Assembly (NCBI GenBank): GCA_963717375.1
Contig: OY970329.1
Span: 2,748,426 to 2,812,425, forward strand
Length of the DNA: 64,000 bases
DNA from: an uncultured Solirubrobacterales bacterium
Lineage (GTDB): Bacteria > Actinomycetota > Thermoleophilia > Solirubrobacterales > 70-9
Direction: 5' to 3'
Of this stretch, positions 62,483 to 64,000 are shown piece after piece (the first letter of the stretch is position 1; each line of letters opens with the position of its first letter). The notes below the pieces were generated by a model. That model saw nothing but the letters and a program-made list of their open reading frames with translations, made no database searches and was not told where the DNA came from. The position numbers and the translations under genes are program-made.

Positions 62483-62836
62483 TCAAGCGGGCTGCCACAG
62501 CTCGATTCGATTGCCCTCGGGATCGGTGACCCAGCCGAATCGACCGACACCCTCCATGTCCTGCGTCCCCTCGGCCACGTCTGCTCCTTTGGCGCGCAGT
62601 TGCGCAAGCATCGCATCCAGGTCACGGACCCGGAAGTTGATCATTGCCTGCTGGGTACGCGACCCGAAGTAATCAGTATCGGACTCGAACGTCGCGAACA
62701 CCGTCGGCCCTGCTTCCGGATGCCACAAGCCGTTCTCATCGGCGTCCAGCCCCAGGCAATCGCGATACCAAGCGCCCAGGGCCACCGGGTCGGCAGCTCG
62801 CATGAAGTATCCACCGATTCCAAGCACACGCTCCAT
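62483..62836 (-). CDS. VOC/glyoxalase family protein
   Basis: 117 aa. GGYFMRAADPVALGAWYRDCLGL...GWVTDPEGNRIELWQP. Confidence 0.75.
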   Translation of the reverse strand: MERVLGIGGYFMRAADPVALGAWYRDCLGLDADENGLWHPEAGPTVFATFESDTDYFGSRTQQAMINFRVRDLDAMLAQLRAKGADVAEGTQDMEGVGRFGWVTDPEGNRIELWQPA

Positions 62837-62943
62837 TTCGCCATCTTGCCAGGACGGCGATCGGGCTGGCTGGCACCACGTCGCCTGAGCGAGAAACTCA
62901 GAGTCGGGGGGACCGCTGGACGCTTCTCGGCCGTATCAGGGGT

Positions 62944-63488
62944 ATGAGCGGATATCACCATCGTTTCCTGCTGGTCCTCGCGACCTGCCTGGCCTTGCTC
63001 CCCGGCTGTGGCGAGGGCTCCCGGTCCGGCGACAAGATCGCCCGGAGCGCGCCCGGAGCGCGCACGACCCACCCAAAGCTTGCGGTCGGCTCCAAGATCC
63101 GCGACTGCGACATCACCTTCATCGGTTCCGGCCCGGCCGACTGGCGCAAGCACTCACTATGGATCGGCCCGTTCGGGCTGGCCGGTCGGGGCTCGGCCCC
63201 CGATTCGAAGAAAGCGCACACGAGGGCGGCCTGCTGTCGCTGAAGACGCCGACGATAGTCGCCGGGCATCGTCCGGTGACGGTCTCCGTGCCGGAGGCGC
63301 AGCGCTACCGCGTCGGGATCCTCGGAGTGCATCCCCACCCGGCCTACGCCTCGGTCACTTACGTGCCCTGCGACGACAAGCCGCGAACCGTGTTTGCGGC
63401 CGGGTTCCTGCTGCGCGACCGCAGGCCGGTGACCCTCCTGGTCCAGGTCGGCGAGGGCTCGGTTCGGCGTCTCCGCATGAAGGGCTAG
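62944..63488 (+). pseudogene. Putative lipoprotein gene split by a frameshift
   Basis: Frame 1 gives MSGYHHRFLLVLATCLALLPGCGEG...SLWIGPFGLAGRG (lipobox LLPGC). Coding-like sequence continues in another frame (RFEESAHEGGLLSLKTPTIVAGHRPVTVSVPE...) to the stop at 63488. The switch is near 63183-63200. Confidence 0.4.
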
Positions 63489-63625
63489 GCCTCCTCGGCC
63501 TCGGAGCCGACCCGGCCGATGCTCGCGATCAGCCAGATCTCACCGCGGTCGCGCCGGCTGAGGGCGCGAGCGGGGAGGAATTTGCGGGTGCGCCGCTAAA
63601 CTCAGGCGCGAAGGACGAGTTTCCC

Positions 63626-63698
63626 GGGGCTGTAGCTCAGCTGGAAGAGCGTCGCGCTGGCAGCGCGAAGGTCAGGGGTTCGAGCCCCCTCAGCTCCA
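63626..63698 (+). tRNA. tRNA-Ala (anticodon GGC)
   Basis: Acceptor GGGGCTG/CAGCTCC with the G3:U70 Ala identity pair, anticodon loop CTGGCAG, T arm AGGGG-TTCGAGC-CCCCT. Discriminator is A. Confidence 0.9.
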
Positions 63699-63737
63699 CT
63701 GTTCAGATCCGCGCGTGAAGTTGCCGATGAGGTAGCG

Positions 63738-64000
63738 ATGAGCACGGCCAACTCGCACGTCTTCTCGCACGGGATGCGGGATACGCGGGTGGCGCTGGAG
63801 GCTTGGAACGAGCAGCCCTGGCGCGTCCTGCGCGCCTGGCTGGCGCTGAGCGCCGCGATCGCGCTGGCCCTGCTCGGTGCGGTCTGGGTCGTCGCCGGGC
63901 TGCTCACCCCCGACATCACCCCGATCCATCTGCCTGGGCTGACCGAACCATCCGATCCCGGCGACCTGCTGCCGATCCTCTGGCGCAACTCGCTGGTCCT
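63738..64000 (+). CDS. Membrane protein, 5' partial (runs off window)
   Basis: Open frame from ATG 63738 (MSTANSHVFSHGMRDTRVALEAWNEQPWRVLRAWLALSAAIALALLGAVWVVAGLL...) with no stop before the window end. Absent from the ORF track for that reason. Confidence 0.4.
   Translation, partial: MSTANSHVFSHGMRDTRVALEAWNEQPWRVLRAWLALSAAIALALLGAVWVVAGLLTPDITPIHLPGLTEPSDPGDLLPILWRNSLV

Noticed and set aside
1-64000. CRISPR arrays, rRNA genes, intact IS elements or prophage structural genes.
   Set aside because: I found no regularly spaced short direct repeats, no rRNA-like stretches, and no complete transposase, integrase, capsid or terminase ORFs. Only short remnants are present (35482-35667 and 42947-43033).

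Overview
High-GC chromosomal window. The lineage is probably Actinomycetota-like, an inference from the gene content: WhiG-type sigma factor, MMPL transporter, WS/DGAT, and SARP and LAL regulators. Positions 1 to about 35.1 kb form a tightly packed, mostly plus-strand housekeeping block with classic synteny: yloV-recG-rsmD-coaD, then rpmF-plsX-acpP-rnc-smc-ftsY-ffh-rpsP-KH-trmD-rplS-lepB-rnhB-yraN-comM-dprA. This is followed by thiD, ilvD, an L,D-transpeptidase, xerC, a whiG/fliA-type sigma factor, an EF-G paralogue and RNase HI. A tRNA-Gly(GCC) at 35.16 kb opens a roughly 28 kb accessory region that runs to tRNA-Ala(GGC) at 63.63 kb. Two displaced copies of the tRNA-Gly 3' half (49.85 kb and 51.34 kb) mark decayed, tandem integrative islands. 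These contain a phage gp37/gp68 remnant, an IS transposase remnant and several frameshifted genes, but no integrase. The accessory region is dominated by three very large STAND/AAA+ regulators: LuxR-NB-ARC-TPR, cyclase-SARP-NB-ARC-TPR, and a LAL-type LuxR. Two of them sit next to paralogous pairs of a BBE-type FAD oxidase and a flavin monooxygenase. I regard this regulator/flavoenzyme architecture, together with a small module carrying a duplicated 29-nt operator, as the best candidates for an uncharacterised system. I cannot assign either a function from sequence alone. Notable oddities in the core block:
- an 823-aa SMC with no recognisable hinge
- an L19 with an acidic tail of about 115 aa
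- a lepB with no canonical start codon upstream of its catalytic serine
- a family of REP-like palindromes
- a 164-bp nested palindrome between rnc and smc
I found no rRNA, no CRISPR array and no intact mobile element.
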